Part shown: positions 17,372 through 27,358 of the stretch, one piece after another | How the letters are laid out: each line of letters starts with the position of its first letter | Position numbering within the stretch: the stretch's first letter is position 1 | From: a virus | Taxonomy: Duplodnaviria > Caudoviricetes | IMG/VR virus record: IMGVR_UViG_2852783553_000005 | Location: 820 to 64,819 of that record | DNA: 64,000 nt | Direction: 5' to 3' (one strand) | Notes under the pieces: generated by a model | Databases searched by the model: none | Told to the model about the DNA's origin: nothing | The model's input: the letters and a program-made list of their open reading frames with translations, nothing else | Made by a program: the position numbers and the translations under genes

Positions 17372-18736
17372 TCAACTGTATTCACGCATGATCAGCAGCC
17401 CGTCGCTGCCATTGCCAGCGTTGTACGAACCTGGCAGGCCGGTTCCACCGCCACCGCCCGCTCCCCGACCTGTGGCGTCATGAACCGGAGTCGCCCCGGA
17501 AGGACCATAGACACCGCCCATCCCGGCTGTGCCGAACATCGACCTTCCGCCTGCGGTGTAATTCGATGCCGTCGTGCTGACAACCGGCAGGGAGCCTTCG
17601 CCGCGCAGGTTCAGGTCGCCACCGCTGCCAGTTCCACCGGGCGCACCGAGCAGGACGGCATTCGTGGCCGAGCCAGACCCGCCTGCGCCACCGGTCGCGA
17701 CGGCAAGGGGTGATCGCAGGTCTCCCAGATGAGTCAGATAGCCGGGACTACCCGCGTTGCCCGAAGCTGGTACGGTACCACCCTTACCGATGCCGATATC
17801 CAACTCGTCCGGCAGACTGTCAGCGGAGCGGCGCAGCCAGACATAGCCTCCCGCGCCGCCACCCGTTGCCGTGCCCGCATTGGACGTCCGGCTGGCGACA
17901 CCGCCCGAGCCGCCACCGCCCTGAAGTGCGGTCTCCACCATAGCCGGACTGTGATCCGATTTCCGCCACGGCGGGTTCCCTATCGAGTGCGTACCCGTCC
18001 CCGCGTTGGTCATCGATATGGGTGCGCCGCCCTGCGTGTCGGAAATCTGGAACGTGCTCTGGTCGGCGGACACCTGAACCACGAAATAGGTCGCGCCCTG
18101 CGCAATGCTGCCCGGTAACGAGTCCGTACTGCTGAACGTCACCGGCGATCCGGTGAGAGGCGAATGGAGCGAGCATGTGATGACCGGCGAGCCGGCCGAG
18201 AACGTGACGCTTTGAGCTACGACGGAATAGACGGTGGCCGCGAGCAGCGTCGAGCCGCGCTGCGGAGCCGGAATGTCCGGCCTGTTGAGTATCGCGGCAA
18301 CGCCTGATTCTGCGTTCCAGTCGGCGTTGACCTGCGCAGCAGGGATCGCAGGCCGGTTGAGGATCGCGGCGATTCCACTGTCTGCGTTCCAGTCCGAATT
18401 GACCTGACCAGGCGGAATGACAGGCTGGTCCGTCAGGTCGTGGTAGCTGCCAGTGGTGGCAACCGTTGCAAGACTGCCGGTAATCGTACTGACTGTTTTG
18501 GCGAACGACTCAACAAGAACATCCGCAAGCTGGTTAACCTGCGTGAAGTCTGGTGTTCCACCAAGCGCGATGATGGCGTTGCGCAGTTCCTCGGTAATCG
18601 CGTGATACCACCACTCGCCGGGCACAGTTCCGGTAACGCCCGCCGCCGGATTGCCATTTGCCGGAAAGCCCCCCGGATTATCTGCGGGTGTTTCGGGCGC
18701 ATCCTCGACCGCGTTGGCCTGCCAGTAGCGATCCAT
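17372..18736 (-). CDS. Tail fibre protein 2 (Gly-rich C-terminus)
   Basis: N-terminal WWYHAITEELRNAI..D.T..NQL baseplate-anchor domain, two VNxDWNAxSGxAAILNRP repeats, GGGG-rich tip. Confidence 0.8.
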   Translation of the reverse strand: MDRYWQANAVEDAPETPADNPGGFPANGNPAAGVTGTVPGEWWYHAITEELRNAIIALGGTPDFTQVNQLADVLVESFAKTVSTITGSLATVATTGSYHDLTDQPVIPPGQVNSDWNADSGIAAILNRPAIPAAQVNADWNAESGVAAILNRPDIPAPQRGSTLLAATVYSVVAQSVTFSAGSPVITCSLHSPLTGSPVTFSSTDSLPGSIAQGATYFVVQVSADQSTFQISDTQGGAPISMTNAGTGTHSIGNPPWRKSDHSPAMVETALQGGGGSGGVASRTSNAGTATGGGAGGYVWLRRSADSLPDELDIGIGKGGTVPASGNAGSPGYLTHLGDLRSPLAVATGGAGGSGSATNAVLLGAPGGTGSGGDLNLRGEGSLPVVSTTASNYTAGGRSMFGTAGMGGVYGPSGATPVHDATGRGAGGGGGTGLPGSYNAGNGSDGLLIMREYS

Positions 18737-18737
18737 G

Positions 18738-18947
18738 TCATTCCCCGTCACCCGGTACAAAGTCGGCGATATCGCCAAAGTGCCCCGCGAGGCACGCCTC
18801 GAAAATGTCGCGACCGTGCTCGTGCGGATCGTCCGGCATGGCGATGAATGGCATGAAGTTGTCGAAGCGCTCGAAGTGAACCTCGCAACGAATGCCGCTG
18901 TGTTCCGCGTCGGCCCATGCGGGATTCCTGACAGCAACAATGTCCAT
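18738..18947 (-). CDS. Tail fibre assembly chaperone-like protein
   Basis: RNP.W....I.CEV.F....PF.A..DD..EHGR.IF.....G.FG.I motif; coupled to fibre genes. Confidence 0.7.
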   Translation of the reverse strand: MDIVAVRNPAWADAEHSGIRCEVHFERFDNFMPFIAMPDDPHEHGRDIFEACLAGHFGDIADFVPGDGE

Positions 18948-19660
18948 CACGCGATCCTCGTCCATACGCACCAATAGTCGCTCGCAGCGGACGCATTGCC
19001 GCTGCTGAGCCACGTTCCGGGACGCCCCGGCAGCGCTGCGACCGTACCTTCCGGCGCGGACTGGCTGCTATCGCCTGCACGCACAATGAACGCCACCCAC
19101 CCGATTCCGTTTCCGCTGAGCGGTTGCAGGTTGGCCGGTGTCCATGCGCCGCCCACCTGGCCCCGCAGATCGTTCACCGCGTTGTTCACGTTGTTGATGC
19201 TGTTTTGCAGGTTGCTGACGTTGCCCTGCAGCTCAGCCTCGAAGACCACGTTGCCCTCGTCGGTCTGGTCAACCGTGACACCCAGCCCGCTGCCGTTGGG
19301 TCGCCATCCGATATGAACCTTGTTCGCCCCCTGGCTCACGCCGCCGCCTTGCTCCACGGGCGTGAATCCGAGCGGTGCAGGCGTCCCGATCACGTCTTCA
19401 TATCTGATCGAAACGGCGAGATGGGCGAGCGCTGCAAGCAGCGACTGCGCGAGTTGATCGACCTTCGTATGGTCGGGCGACGCGCCGAGCGCGACGATGG
19501 CATTGCGTAGTTCCTCGGTGATCGAATGGAACCACCAGGCGCCCGGTGTCGTCGGCGCTATCGCGGCGGGCAGACTGCCGTCTGTCGGAAAGCCGCCCTC
19601 GTTATCAACGGGCACGGCTGGCGCCTGAGCGGCGCTGTTCGCTTCCCAATAGCGATCCAC
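18947..19660 (-). CDS. Tail fibre protein 1 (short)
   Basis: Same N-terminal anchor domain as fibre 2; LGFTPVEQGGG..Q..NKV.IGW repeat. Confidence 0.8.
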   Translation of the reverse strand: MDRYWEANSAAQAPAVPVDNEGGFPTDGSLPAAIAPTTPGAWWFHSITEELRNAIVALGASPDHTKVDQLAQSLLAALAHLAVSIRYEDVIGTPAPLGFTPVEQGGGVSQGANKVHIGWRPNGSGLGVTVDQTDEGNVVFEAELQGNVSNLQNSINNVNNAVNDLRGQVGGAWTPANLQPLSGNGIGWVAFIVRAGDSSQSAPEGTVAALPGRPGTWLSSGNASAASDYWCVWTRIA

Positions 19661-19672
19661 GTTGATTTCCTC

Positions 19673-20278
19673 TCAGTGATGGGAGAACGCCACAACCGAC
19701 TGTGCAGGCGCATAGCGGCGCAGCAGACATTCGATCATCGTCAGCGTCGGCGACGTGCCCCAGGCGGAGAGCGGATTGTCTACGGTGTCCTCGACCGTGT
19801 TCCATCGCGGCGGCGGCGCGCTGATGACATCGACCAGCCAGCCATGCGCCCAGTCGGTATTGGCAATCGGTGTCGTGACGGACCGCATGACGTGATGAAC
19901 GGCAAATTCCGTAATCGTGATCGTGTAGCCGAGTGTCGCGGCCAGTGCCCTGAAATACTCGGGGGACTGGCCGCCCGTACCGATCAGGCGGGCGACGATC
20001 TGTAGCCTGTTCTCGTCGTCAGAGTCGAACGGCCCGAAGCATGGATCAGGCAGCGCGAGCGACGCATTCCATTCGGGTAGCAGCGCGTCGGCGGTCGCCG
20101 GAAAAGAGCCAGCGATCAGCGTCAGCGCGTCGCTATCGATCGTGGCGGGTGTGTTCGCGAGCGCATCGAGCACGGCGGCCTGCGTGCCGCTGTCCTCGCG
20201 CGTCCAGACACGTCCACGCGGCAGCAGCCGCCGCAATACGCCTGCGTAGTCCGCGCGGCTATAGCGCGCCGGGTTCAT
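19673..20278 (-). CDS. YmfQ/DUF2313 (Mu gp48-like) baseplate protein
   Basis: LLPRGRVW, LLPEW...L.LPD.C, GGQS..YF..LA..LGY.ITI.E. Confidence 0.88.
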   Translation of the reverse strand: MNPARYSRADYAGVLRRLLPRGRVWTREDSGTQAAVLDALANTPATIDSDALTLIAGSFPATADALLPEWNASLALPDPCFGPFDSDDENRLQIVARLIGTGGQSPEYFRALAATLGYTITITEFAVHHVMRSVTTPIANTDWAHGWLVDVISAPPPRWNTVEDTVDNPLSAWGTSPTLTMIECLLRRYAPAQSVVAFSHH

Positions 20279-20283
20279 GTCAG

Positions 20284-21396
20284 TTACGACCACGTAACCT
20301 CACCGGGCACCGCGAGCGCACCGGCCGGAAGCATCACGTCGTCAGTCGGCGACAGAATCAGAAAATCATTGATGCCGGAGACGGCGGCAATGGCCGACCA
20401 CAGATGCGCGAGAATCAGGAATCCGCCCGGTTCGCCCTCGCTTTTCATCAGTCCCGCGATAGCGTCGAGCGCGGCGTCCTGCCTGTCGGGCGCCACGCCA
20501 CGAATACTGATATCGACCGGGTACGGCTCCGGCGCGACGACATAAACCAGCGCGGTAACGGGCCGCAATGGATAGATTGCGTTGGCCACGGCGAGCTGGT
20601 CGCCAGTCGCGGGCGTGTCTCTTGTCTCGGCTGACGCGACACCGTCTCTGCCCTGCGGGAAGCCGTCATGCTGCGCGTTCGCCTCATCGAGCATCACGAA
20701 CACGATGACCGTACCGGCACCGTAGCCATTGCCCGTACACCACGCGCGCGTGACTCCCGGAACGGCGAGCGCCCATGCGACATAGTCGCTCGCCGCGCCA
20801 CCCTGCGGCGGGTTCTGGTAGACGAACAGGACACGCGCACGGTAGGCATCGTTCGATTCAATGTCCGCGCCGCCTCGGAATTCCGTTGCGGCAACGCCGG
20901 TCGAATCGATACCCGGAATCGCGCTGGCGAGCGTGAATTGCGTCCCGACCGCGCAATCGCCGTTCAGGCCTGCCAGTCCTGCCGGGTCCGGGTTCGCGGT
21001 CGCGGCCACCGTGACCTTACCGGCTTCGACGGCAGCCGCCGCAGTGACCGTGTAGGGCAATCCGTCGCTGCGCTTGAGTCCCGTTCCGCTATTGACCGGT
21101 ACGCCTTCGGAGCCGGCGAACGTGACAAGACCCGAGGACTGCGACGCGCTCTTGCGCAAAACGCCCCTGAGCGCGCCCCACGCCTCGAGAAATTCGTCAG
21201 TCGCCGTGAACGGCGTAGCCTGCAATGCGATCCAGTCGAGATACCCGTACTGCATGTGCGCGAGCCCGGCCTGAACGTCGCCGAGCACGCGCAGATTCGA
21301 GAAGCGCAACAGGGCATCGGCACCCGGCAGGTTCGCATTCAGTTCCTGCGCAACCTGATTGCGCAGGGCCGTCAGCGTCGGTCGTGAGAAAGGCAT
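20284..21396 (-). CDS. Baseplate J / Mu gp47-like protein
   Basis: RPTL..LR, GADIE..YR.RV, PPQGGA..DY..WA..VPGVTRAW. Confidence 0.92.
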   Translation of the reverse strand: MPFSRPTLTALRNQVAQELNANLPGADALLRFSNLRVLGDVQAGLAHMQYGYLDWIALQATPFTATDEFLEAWGALRGVLRKSASQSSGLVTFAGSEGVPVNSGTGLKRSDGLPYTVTAAAAVEAGKVTVAATANPDPAGLAGLNGDCAVGTQFTLASAIPGIDSTGVAATEFRGGADIESNDAYRARVLFVYQNPPQGGAASDYVAWALAVPGVTRAWCTGNGYGAGTVIVFVMLDEANAQHDGFPQGRDGVASAETRDTPATGDQLAVANAIYPLRPVTALVYVVAPEPYPVDISIRGVAPDRQDAALDAIAGLMKSEGEPGGFLILAHLWSAIAAVSGINDFLILSPTDDVMLPAGALAVPGEVTWS

Positions 21397-21426
21397 GCGC
21401 CTTAAGAAAGGGACTACCGGTCGGGG

Positions 21427-21861
21427 CTAGGTTCCCGTCCACACCCTGGGGAAGCTCATCGCGACGCGCGTGCCGTCGCGGCGGCTCGCGACAATCGCCA
21501 GGTCGAGCCGGTTGGGTGTGACCCATTGCGGCGTAATGTCGAAGCGCGCCACCACGCCGTCATCGAGCATCCATTGCAGCGCCTCGCTCGCGTAGTCGCC
21601 AGCGCGCTGCGCCACGTCGCGCGGTCCCTTGACCCGGGAGAGCAGCCACAGGCGCGAGCCAATCGGGTAGTCGGCGCTGTCGCCCCACCAGCCGCGCCGG
21701 TCGCCGTCCGGTGTTTCGTCGCTCGGCAATGCCAGCCGGTCACTGAAAAGGCTGATAAGCACGGCGGTCTGCAGGTCGTTGCCGGATCGCAGGGAGGCGC
21801 CCGCAAGCATCCAGTCGCCGCGCATGTCCGGTACATTCCAGACGGTTGAGATATCGCCCAC
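21427..21861 (-). CDS. Mu gp46-like baseplate wedge protein
   Basis: DLQTAVLISLFSDR.A, RRGWWGD, IGSRLWLL.R, EALQW..DGV. Confidence 0.88.
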   Translation of the reverse strand: MGDISTVWNVPDMRGDWMLAGASLRSGNDLQTAVLISLFSDRLALPSDETPDGDRRGWWGDSADYPIGSRLWLLSRVKGPRDVAQRAGDYASEALQWMLDDGVVARFDITPQWVTPNRLDLAIVASRRDGTRVAMSFPRVWTGT

Positions 21862-21871
21862 GGCGCGGAAA

Positions 21872-22459
21872 TCAGAGTTGCGGTTGCGGTATGTCGCTGG
21901 TTGCGATGTCGCTGCCGCGCTGCACGTCCGGCACCGGATGATGATGTGAGTTGTAGACGGCGCGCGAAGCGGCAGCGGTGTGCGGGTTGGTCGCGCTGTT
22001 GTCGCGCATGTCGCCCGCACAGGTGATATTGCCGTCGCCCTCGATATCCCCGGTGCAGTGGAACAGCGGCGCATCGGCGGTGATCTGCGGCGCGTTGGTG
22101 ATCGTGACAGGTTGACCGCCACCGTTGACGACGATCCCCGCTGCGGACAGATGGACCGATTGCCCCTTGTCGTCACTGATGCAGACCTCGCCCGGCGCGA
22201 GATTGCGGAACCTGTACTGCTGGTTGCCGCATGCAATCACCACGCCGTTCGTGCGGTCGCCACCGAGAAACACCGCGAGCGCGTCGCTCCCCGCTGGCGG
22301 ATTCGACTGGAACCCGTATTCCGCGAGTCGCGGCGTGCCGTCGCGTGTCTCGTTCGCGGATAGCTGCATCTGTACAAGCTGAACCGCGCCGCCATCGTCC
22401 ACGCGCGTAAGGCGTCCGCGTCCGAGCGCGCGAACGAGGCTCCAGAACAGGTGTTCCAC
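21872..22459 (-). CDS. Mu gp45-like baseplate spike protein
   Basis: EYGF.S.PP.G, GGDR..GVV, GEV...D..G, C-terminal HxH. Confidence 0.88.
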   Translation of the reverse strand: MEHLFWSLVRALGRGRLTRVDDGGAVQLVQMQLSANETRDGTPRLAEYGFQSNPPAGSDALAVFLGGDRTNGVVIACGNQQYRFRNLAPGEVCISDDKGQSVHLSAAGIVVNGGGQPVTITNAPQITADAPLFHCTGDIEGDGNITCAGDMRDNSATNPHTAAASRAVYNSHHHPVPDVQRGSDIATSDIPQPQL

Positions 22460-22467
22460 GATTGACG

Positions 22468-23532
22468 CTATCGTTGCGCGAGCGCGGCAGCAGCATCCGC
22501 AGGCAACGGCAGATAGAGGATCGGTTCGGGCCGGAACGCTTCAGGCGGCATCAGCGTGAGTTCGCAGCCGGTCCCGCTCATGTCGCGTCGATAGGTCACT
22601 TCACCAAGCGTCCACTTCGCGCCGTCGATGAGCTTCAGTTGCGGCAGCGAGAGCGCGGCCAGCGTGTTCGGCGCATAGAGCGAACCCGCGCTGTCGCGCC
22701 ATGACGTGGCCGTGATTGATACCACGTTACCGCGCCCGATGCGCCGGTTGCATTCCCATAGCGCGTGCGCGTTCGACACGTCCGCGCCCGCGTCGCCGTT
22801 CTGCGCGATGAACGCCTTGGGACGGAAACGCGGCATGGTGTCATCAGCCACCGTGTATTCGGCGAGCGGCTGCTGACCGGCATCCGTGAAAATGCCAGTG
22901 CCTACCAGATAGACGCGGTATTCGCTGAAGCGCTGCGAGATATCGCGCGTATAGCTTGCCTGTTCGACATTGACGCCCATCGCGAAACCGCCCGCCGCCT
23001 CAATGGTCGAAAGCGGCCCGATCACCAGATCACCGTCCGCATCCTCGTAACACAGTACCTGTGCGAGCTTGCACAGACGGTCGATGGCGGCATACGGTGA
23101 TTCCCCGACATTCAGACAGACCTGCGGGTGCAGCATGCCTGGCGTGAGCGCCTTGACCCGGATGCCGAACGGCTGCGCGAGCTGGGCCGCAATATCGGCG
23201 GTCGCCATGTTGACGAACTGGAACGAATCAAACTGTGCAGAACAGTCCACCAGGTCTTCGCACTTGCCACGCCCCGATATCGACAGCGTATGCGTTGTCG
23301 CGCTGACCGACTCTGCCACCCGGTCCACGTATCCAGTAATGACCGGGTTTGCACCGATGTTCACGACGCAGGAGTCCCCTTCCATGACCACGACCGTTGT
23401 CGTGTTTGGAAAGCGCTCGGTCATCGAGATATCGAAGTCGGCCGGGATACGCTCCATGCCGCGCGTGATGCGCACGCTTTTCCAGCCTGCGATGCTCGAC
23501 CCGTTGACGGTCAGCGATACATCGTCGCTCAC
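22468..23532 (-). CDS. Mu gp44/P-like baseplate hub protein
   Basis: GWKSVRITRG, VITGYVD, GR.K..DLVDCSA, RFSEY. Confidence 0.88.
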   Translation of the reverse strand: MSDDVSLTVNGSSIAGWKSVRITRGMERIPADFDISMTERFPNTTTVVVMEGDSCVVNIGANPVITGYVDRVAESVSATTHTLSISGRGKCEDLVDCSAQFDSFQFVNMATADIAAQLAQPFGIRVKALTPGMLHPQVCLNVGESPYAAIDRLCKLAQVLCYEDADGDLVIGPLSTIEAAGGFAMGVNVEQASYTRDISQRFSEYRVYLVGTGIFTDAGQQPLAEYTVADDTMPRFRPKAFIAQNGDAGADVSNAHALWECNRRIGRGNVVSITATSWRDSAGSLYAPNTLAALSLPQLKLIDGAKWTLGEVTYRRDMSGTGCELTLMPPEAFRPEPILYLPLPADAAAALAQR

Positions 23533-23623
23533 GCTCAGCCCCACGCTTTATCCAGTAGAGACACGTGGTACGCTGGCGCGGTGCAGTACAGTTACCCAAT
23601 CAACCCAACTCAACGGAGGGCAA

Positions 23624-24556
23624 ATGTACGACTCTATCGAACAGATTCGGGCACTGTTTGGCGTGGCCGAGGAATCAGTCTCGCTCGAATTTAAATCGGG
23701 CCGAGCTTTTGACGAAATGAACGACAGAGTGCGCGGCACGTTCGTGAAGGAAGTAACGGCCTTTGCCAATGCCGGAGGCGGAACGATCATCTACGGAATC
23801 AGCGAGCAGCGGCAAGGCGCGCGCAACGTTGCTGAAGACTTTGAGCCAGTCACGAACCCGGACGTGACGAAAGATCAGCTTACGGTCATCCTTACTTCGA
23901 ATACCGATCCTGTATTTAGCGGATTTCAGATCGACATCTTCCCAGTCGAACCCCGAGGGCGCGTTTTCGTGATTCATGTCGAGCAAGGCGATACGGCCTA
24001 CCAGAGTCGTCACGACAAAAGGTACTATCAGCGAATAGGCACCACGTCGGAGGCTATGTATGATTTTTCTATTCGCGATGTGATGAATCGGCGAAAGGCG
24101 CCACGTCTGTTTGCTAACCTTTCGATCCGAAACCTGCAACGCGAAGCCAAGCAGCACCGCTATCGTTTGATCCCTACACTGAAAAACGAAGGCGTATTTA
24201 CTGTTCACCACTGGTGCCTGCTGGTGGATATCCCTACACCAACGCACCTGGACCCGGAAACTGGACAGTCAGTTCTGCAACGTGGCCCCGTCAGGCATGA
24301 GAATTTGCAGTACACCCGCTTCGAATACTCGTCAGAACGTTTGCCACCCGCGTTAAACAGCCTTCGTTTGTTGCCGGACCAGAAACTGGAATTAACTGCG
24401 CAAAACGGCTTTCCCGACCTTGACCTGTTTGTCGATCTCGCTGCATTTGTGCGGTCCCTTGAGACCCTCGAACCTCCGTTACGATGGACCCTGTTCGTCG
24501 ACGACGCCGCACGGAAGGAAGGCCAGACACCGTTTGAACAATGGTGCACGTTCTAA
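23624..24556 (+). CDS. Schlafen/AlbA_2 domain protein with beta-rich C-terminal domain
   Basis: ES..LEFKS, KEVTAFANAGGGTIIYGI.E, YYQRIG. Confidence 0.85.
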   Translation: MYDSIEQIRALFGVAEESVSLEFKSGRAFDEMNDRVRGTFVKEVTAFANAGGGTIIYGISEQRQGARNVAEDFEPVTNPDVTKDQLTVILTSNTDPVFSGFQIDIFPVEPRGRVFVIHVEQGDTAYQSRHDKRYYQRIGTTSEAMYDFSIRDVMNRRKAPRLFANLSIRNLQREAKQHRYRLIPTLKNEGVFTVHHWCLLVDIPTPTHLDPETGQSVLQRGPVRHENLQYTRFEYSSERLPPALNSLRLLPDQKLELTAQNGFPDLDLFVDLAAFVRSLETLEPPLRWTLFVDDAARKEGQTPFEQWCTF

Positions 24557-24696
24557 AAATCGTTGCTCTTTCCGTCGGTACCCAGACAAGGACTTACTCA
24601 GTCCCCTCGGGGATGGGACATTGGCATGCGACTACCGTCCAAAGCGGCGGCCTGGCATAGTTGCTGGCGATCAGGCCATTTACAGATCGAACACTT

Positions 24697-25245
24697 ATGA
24701 CTGCACTCAATGTCGTCGTTCCAGCAATCTCGGCAATGATTGGAGCGCTAATCGCGCTGGGCGGCGTCTGGTTGACCAATTGGCAGGCAAATAAGCGATT
24801 TCTTACCCAACTAGATCGGGACGAACGCAAGGAAAAGCGCGATTTCATAAGGCAACGTGGCGAAGAACTATACGGATTGGCAGATGACTGGGCCACCTAT
24901 GTATGGCAAGAGCATCTAATCTGGCTGGCAGCAATGCATGGAAGACACAGCGTTCAAGAGGCTAGAGATTTAGCGATTGAAAACGCTAAAGGACATCACG
25001 ACCAATTCCGGAAGGTATCAATGTTGATGAACGTCTATTTCGATGAACTGAGGGATGCTCTTTCCGAGTTGAACCTCTGCCGGATCAAGTTGGATCTGCA
25101 TCAGTCCAGGTTTCTAAAGGTCGCTAAATCTGAAACGTCCGACTGGACGCGCGCGGCAAAAAGGCATCGTACGCTGATGCAAGATCTGCAGGGGGCGCAA
25201 GCCCGGTTTCTTAAATTGCTGGCAGAGATTATCCGCAACGCCTGA
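24697..25245 (+). CDS. Hypothetical protein, N-terminal TM helix + helical domain
   Basis: AISAMIGALIALGGVWLTN then charged helices; lower GC. Confidence 0.65.
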   Translation: MTALNVVVPAISAMIGALIALGGVWLTNWQANKRFLTQLDRDERKEKRDFIRQRGEELYGLADDWATYVWQEHLIWLAAMHGRHSVQEARDLAIENAKGHHDQFRKVSMLMNVYFDELRDALSELNLCRIKLDLHQSRFLKVAKSETSDWTRAAKRHRTLMQDLQGAQARFLKLLAEIIRNA

Positions 25246-25271
25246 GTAATGGTTTGGAACGGTCGCTAGTC

Positions 25272-25487
25272 TCAGGTCAGTGAAGCAGTGAAGCTGATCG
25301 GCGCAAACGCCGGATGAATTGACGCAGCCTGCTCTAACAACGTGTCAATAGCAAGGACACGCAGCGGCATCGGGACCGACGTGCTGACCGTCTGCATGCT
25401 CGCGCGCGACGCGCCGCGCGTAATGCTTACGCTTTTCCAGCCCGCGATGCTTAACCCGTTGACGGTCAGGGAAACGTCATCGCTCAT
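25272..25487 (-). pseudogene. Chimeric scar: gp44 N-terminus fused to gp43 C-terminus
   Basis: MSDDVSLTVNG.SIAGWKSV.ITRG matches the start of 22468-23532; RGAS.AS.QTVSTS.PMPL..LA..DTLL.QAA..HPAFAP..F.ASLT matches the end of 28354-29694. Confidence 0.88.
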
Positions 25488-25829
25488 GAGCGCAATGATA
25501 GTATTCGACGCTGCCAGATCAGCGTGTTCAGTTCGACATCAGCGTTGGACCCAACTTCCGCCTACCGCCCAACTACGGCCCTTTGCCCGCACTATCACTT
25601 GGACATTCGAACGTCGGCGTCGTCTCAGACAGCGGACGTTTCTGCACAGATGTTATCAGTCGAGTCGCCGCCGATCCGTATATTCATTCGACATCGAATT
25701 TCCGATCCCTGAGCGACCGCTATGGAAAAATCCCGGATCCAAAGCCGGCCATCTTAGCCGATCGATCCGCCTAGGAATCTACTGAATCAAAGGCTCTTCC
25801 AGAGATAGACCGGACCATCGCTCCATCAC

Positions 25830-26645
25830 TCACTTTGGTGAGACTACCGCTTTGCCGAGGGAGGCGCACAATGGTAAGTGATCCGACGAGTTGGTTGTAA
25901 GAACTGCCGATCCGGCGGGACACATCGCCGCAAAATACGCGTCGCCCAGTGCTCTGCAACTCGCTTTGCCGAAAGCTGTTGGACCGGCATGCTTCAGTTC
26001 TTTCAGGGCTTTTCGCCGCTTCTGGTTCTCATTTTTCGCGGCAGCCGCCGGGTCAAGATTGTTCGGATGTAATGCGTCGATGAGTTTTGAAAGGCTTGCA
26101 GCATTGTCGTGAATGTATGCCGCTGCAGCACAGCGCTCTGATTCAAGACAGTTAAAGGAATCGGCAGGCCCGCGAAGCTCACCCGTCGGCCCGTGCGACA
26201 AACTTCCATTGTTAAAGCATGCTAGCGGTTGAATTATCTTGATGCCATTTGTTTTGCGCGCGTTTCGCCAAAGCCGAGACACCTTTAACGCAAGGTCTTG
26301 AAGCATCTCCCGCTTGATGTCATCTCTGCCGCCGGTCGGATTTGTCTCGAACGCCGTACTCAAAGCCGCTGCTAGTGATTGGATAGCTGCGTCTTTCTTG
26401 CGCCCCGCAACACCGGGCATCCGCGCAAGAGCCATAAGTGCTTCGCCGACGTTTTCAGCTGCTTGCAATCTATTGTGGGCGTCGCAAAGGATTCTAACCC
26501 TGCCAGCCAGCAGTTCCTTCAATGCATAGTAGGGGGTTTGGGCTGGTTGGTTTCCCGCAATATATGGTAGTCCCCATGTCTTCGCGAGGTCACTTTCTTC
26601 TGCCAGTTCGACGACAACTGTGGTATCCAGGAAGCTGCCAGACAA
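25830..26645 (-). CDS. PIN-like domain protein with large insertion
   Basis: FLDTTVVV start; LGDAYF..CP....VLTTN..DH C-terminal PIN motifs; RBS AGGAGG + TTG. Confidence 0.65.
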   Translation of the reverse strand: MSGSFLDTTVVVELAEESDLAKTWGLPYIAGNQPAQTPYYALKELLAGRVRILCDAHNRLQAAENVGEALMALARMPGVAGRKKDAAIQSLAAALSTAFETNPTGGRDDIKREMLQDLALKVSRLWRNARKTNGIKIIQPLACFNNGSLSHGPTGELRGPADSFNCLESERCAAAAYIHDNAASLSKLIDALHPNNLDPAAAAKNENQKRRKALKELKHAGPTAFGKASCRALGDAYFAAMCPAGSAVLTTNSSDHLPLCASLGKAVVSPK

Positions 26646-26665
26646 TCTATCCTCCTTGCTGCCAT

Positions 26666-27358
26666 CTATGTACGGTTGTTCTCGGAGAACAACTCGGCCT
26701 GGTCGTTAGGTAAGTTTGATTCGACATCCTCACTGAACAATATCGCTATGAGCGCATTCACCACATCATGATCGCCTTGCCATCCCTCTACCGACAGAGC
26801 CTCCACGAGTTCACTGGCATCGTCCAAATCCATTGCAGGATTTGCATGCAATGACTGCAGCGCCTGTATCAACGCGTTCAACCCCGGACGAGTCACGTCC
26901 GCGCTGTTCGCTGCAAGAACCGCGCGTCGAATATATGAAATGACGGACCCAAAACTCTCGTTGAAGGTAGTCAACCGATGCGCTTTCTGCATCGAGGCGG
27001 CAATCAAGCCGAGGCGCGACCCGATAGAGTCAAAGTCGTTTTGTCCAAATGAGTCAAGCGCAAGTCGCGCATCGTTCAACGCTAGCTCAACAAGCACGCG
27101 CGTTTGACCGGCCGATGTATCTTCGTCGAACAAATGAGGGTAAACCTGCTCGGGTCCTGGAGAAATCGAGAGGGCCGATGTCGGCGACTCGTCGCCGGTG
27201 GACAAAGTGCTGCCGCTGCGAGCCGAAATCACGTGCGAGCTAGTTGCACTCCAGTCGACACCGAGGGTCTGCTGAACTACCGCAGCGGCGCCCGTGGGTT
27301 TCCCCAGCGGCCGCGCAGATTCTGTTCCACTCACGGGAATGATCGCTTTTATCGTCAT
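26666..27358 (-). CDS. Hypothetical protein (low-complexity N-terminus, acidic helical C-terminus)
   Basis: ATGA overlap with upstream gene; middle gene of a 3-gene operon. Confidence 0.7.
   Translation of the reverse strand: MTIKAIIPVSGTESARPLGKPTGAAAVVQQTLGVDWSATSSHVISARSGSTLSTGDESPTSALSISPGPEQVYPHLFDEDTSAGQTRVLVELALNDARLALDSFGQNDFDSIGSRLGLIAASMQKAHRLTTFNESFGSVISYIRRAVLAANSADVTRPGLNALIQALQSLHANPAMDLDDASELVEALSVEGWQGDHDVVNALIAILFSEDVESNLPNDQAELFSENNRT

Noticed and set aside
18737-18940. N-terminal extension of the 522-aa tail fibre ORF
   Set aside because: Overlaps the chaperone gene; homology with fibre 1 puts the start at 18736
17372-19660. Invertible tail-fibre shufflon or DGR
   Set aside because: Fibre genes are in direct orientation; no invertase, reverse transcriptase or TR/VR pair seen
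23069-23623. N-terminal 185 aa of the 495-aa AlbA_2 ORF
   Set aside because: Overlaps gp44 antisense; the real start is ATG 23624 with a GGAGG RBS
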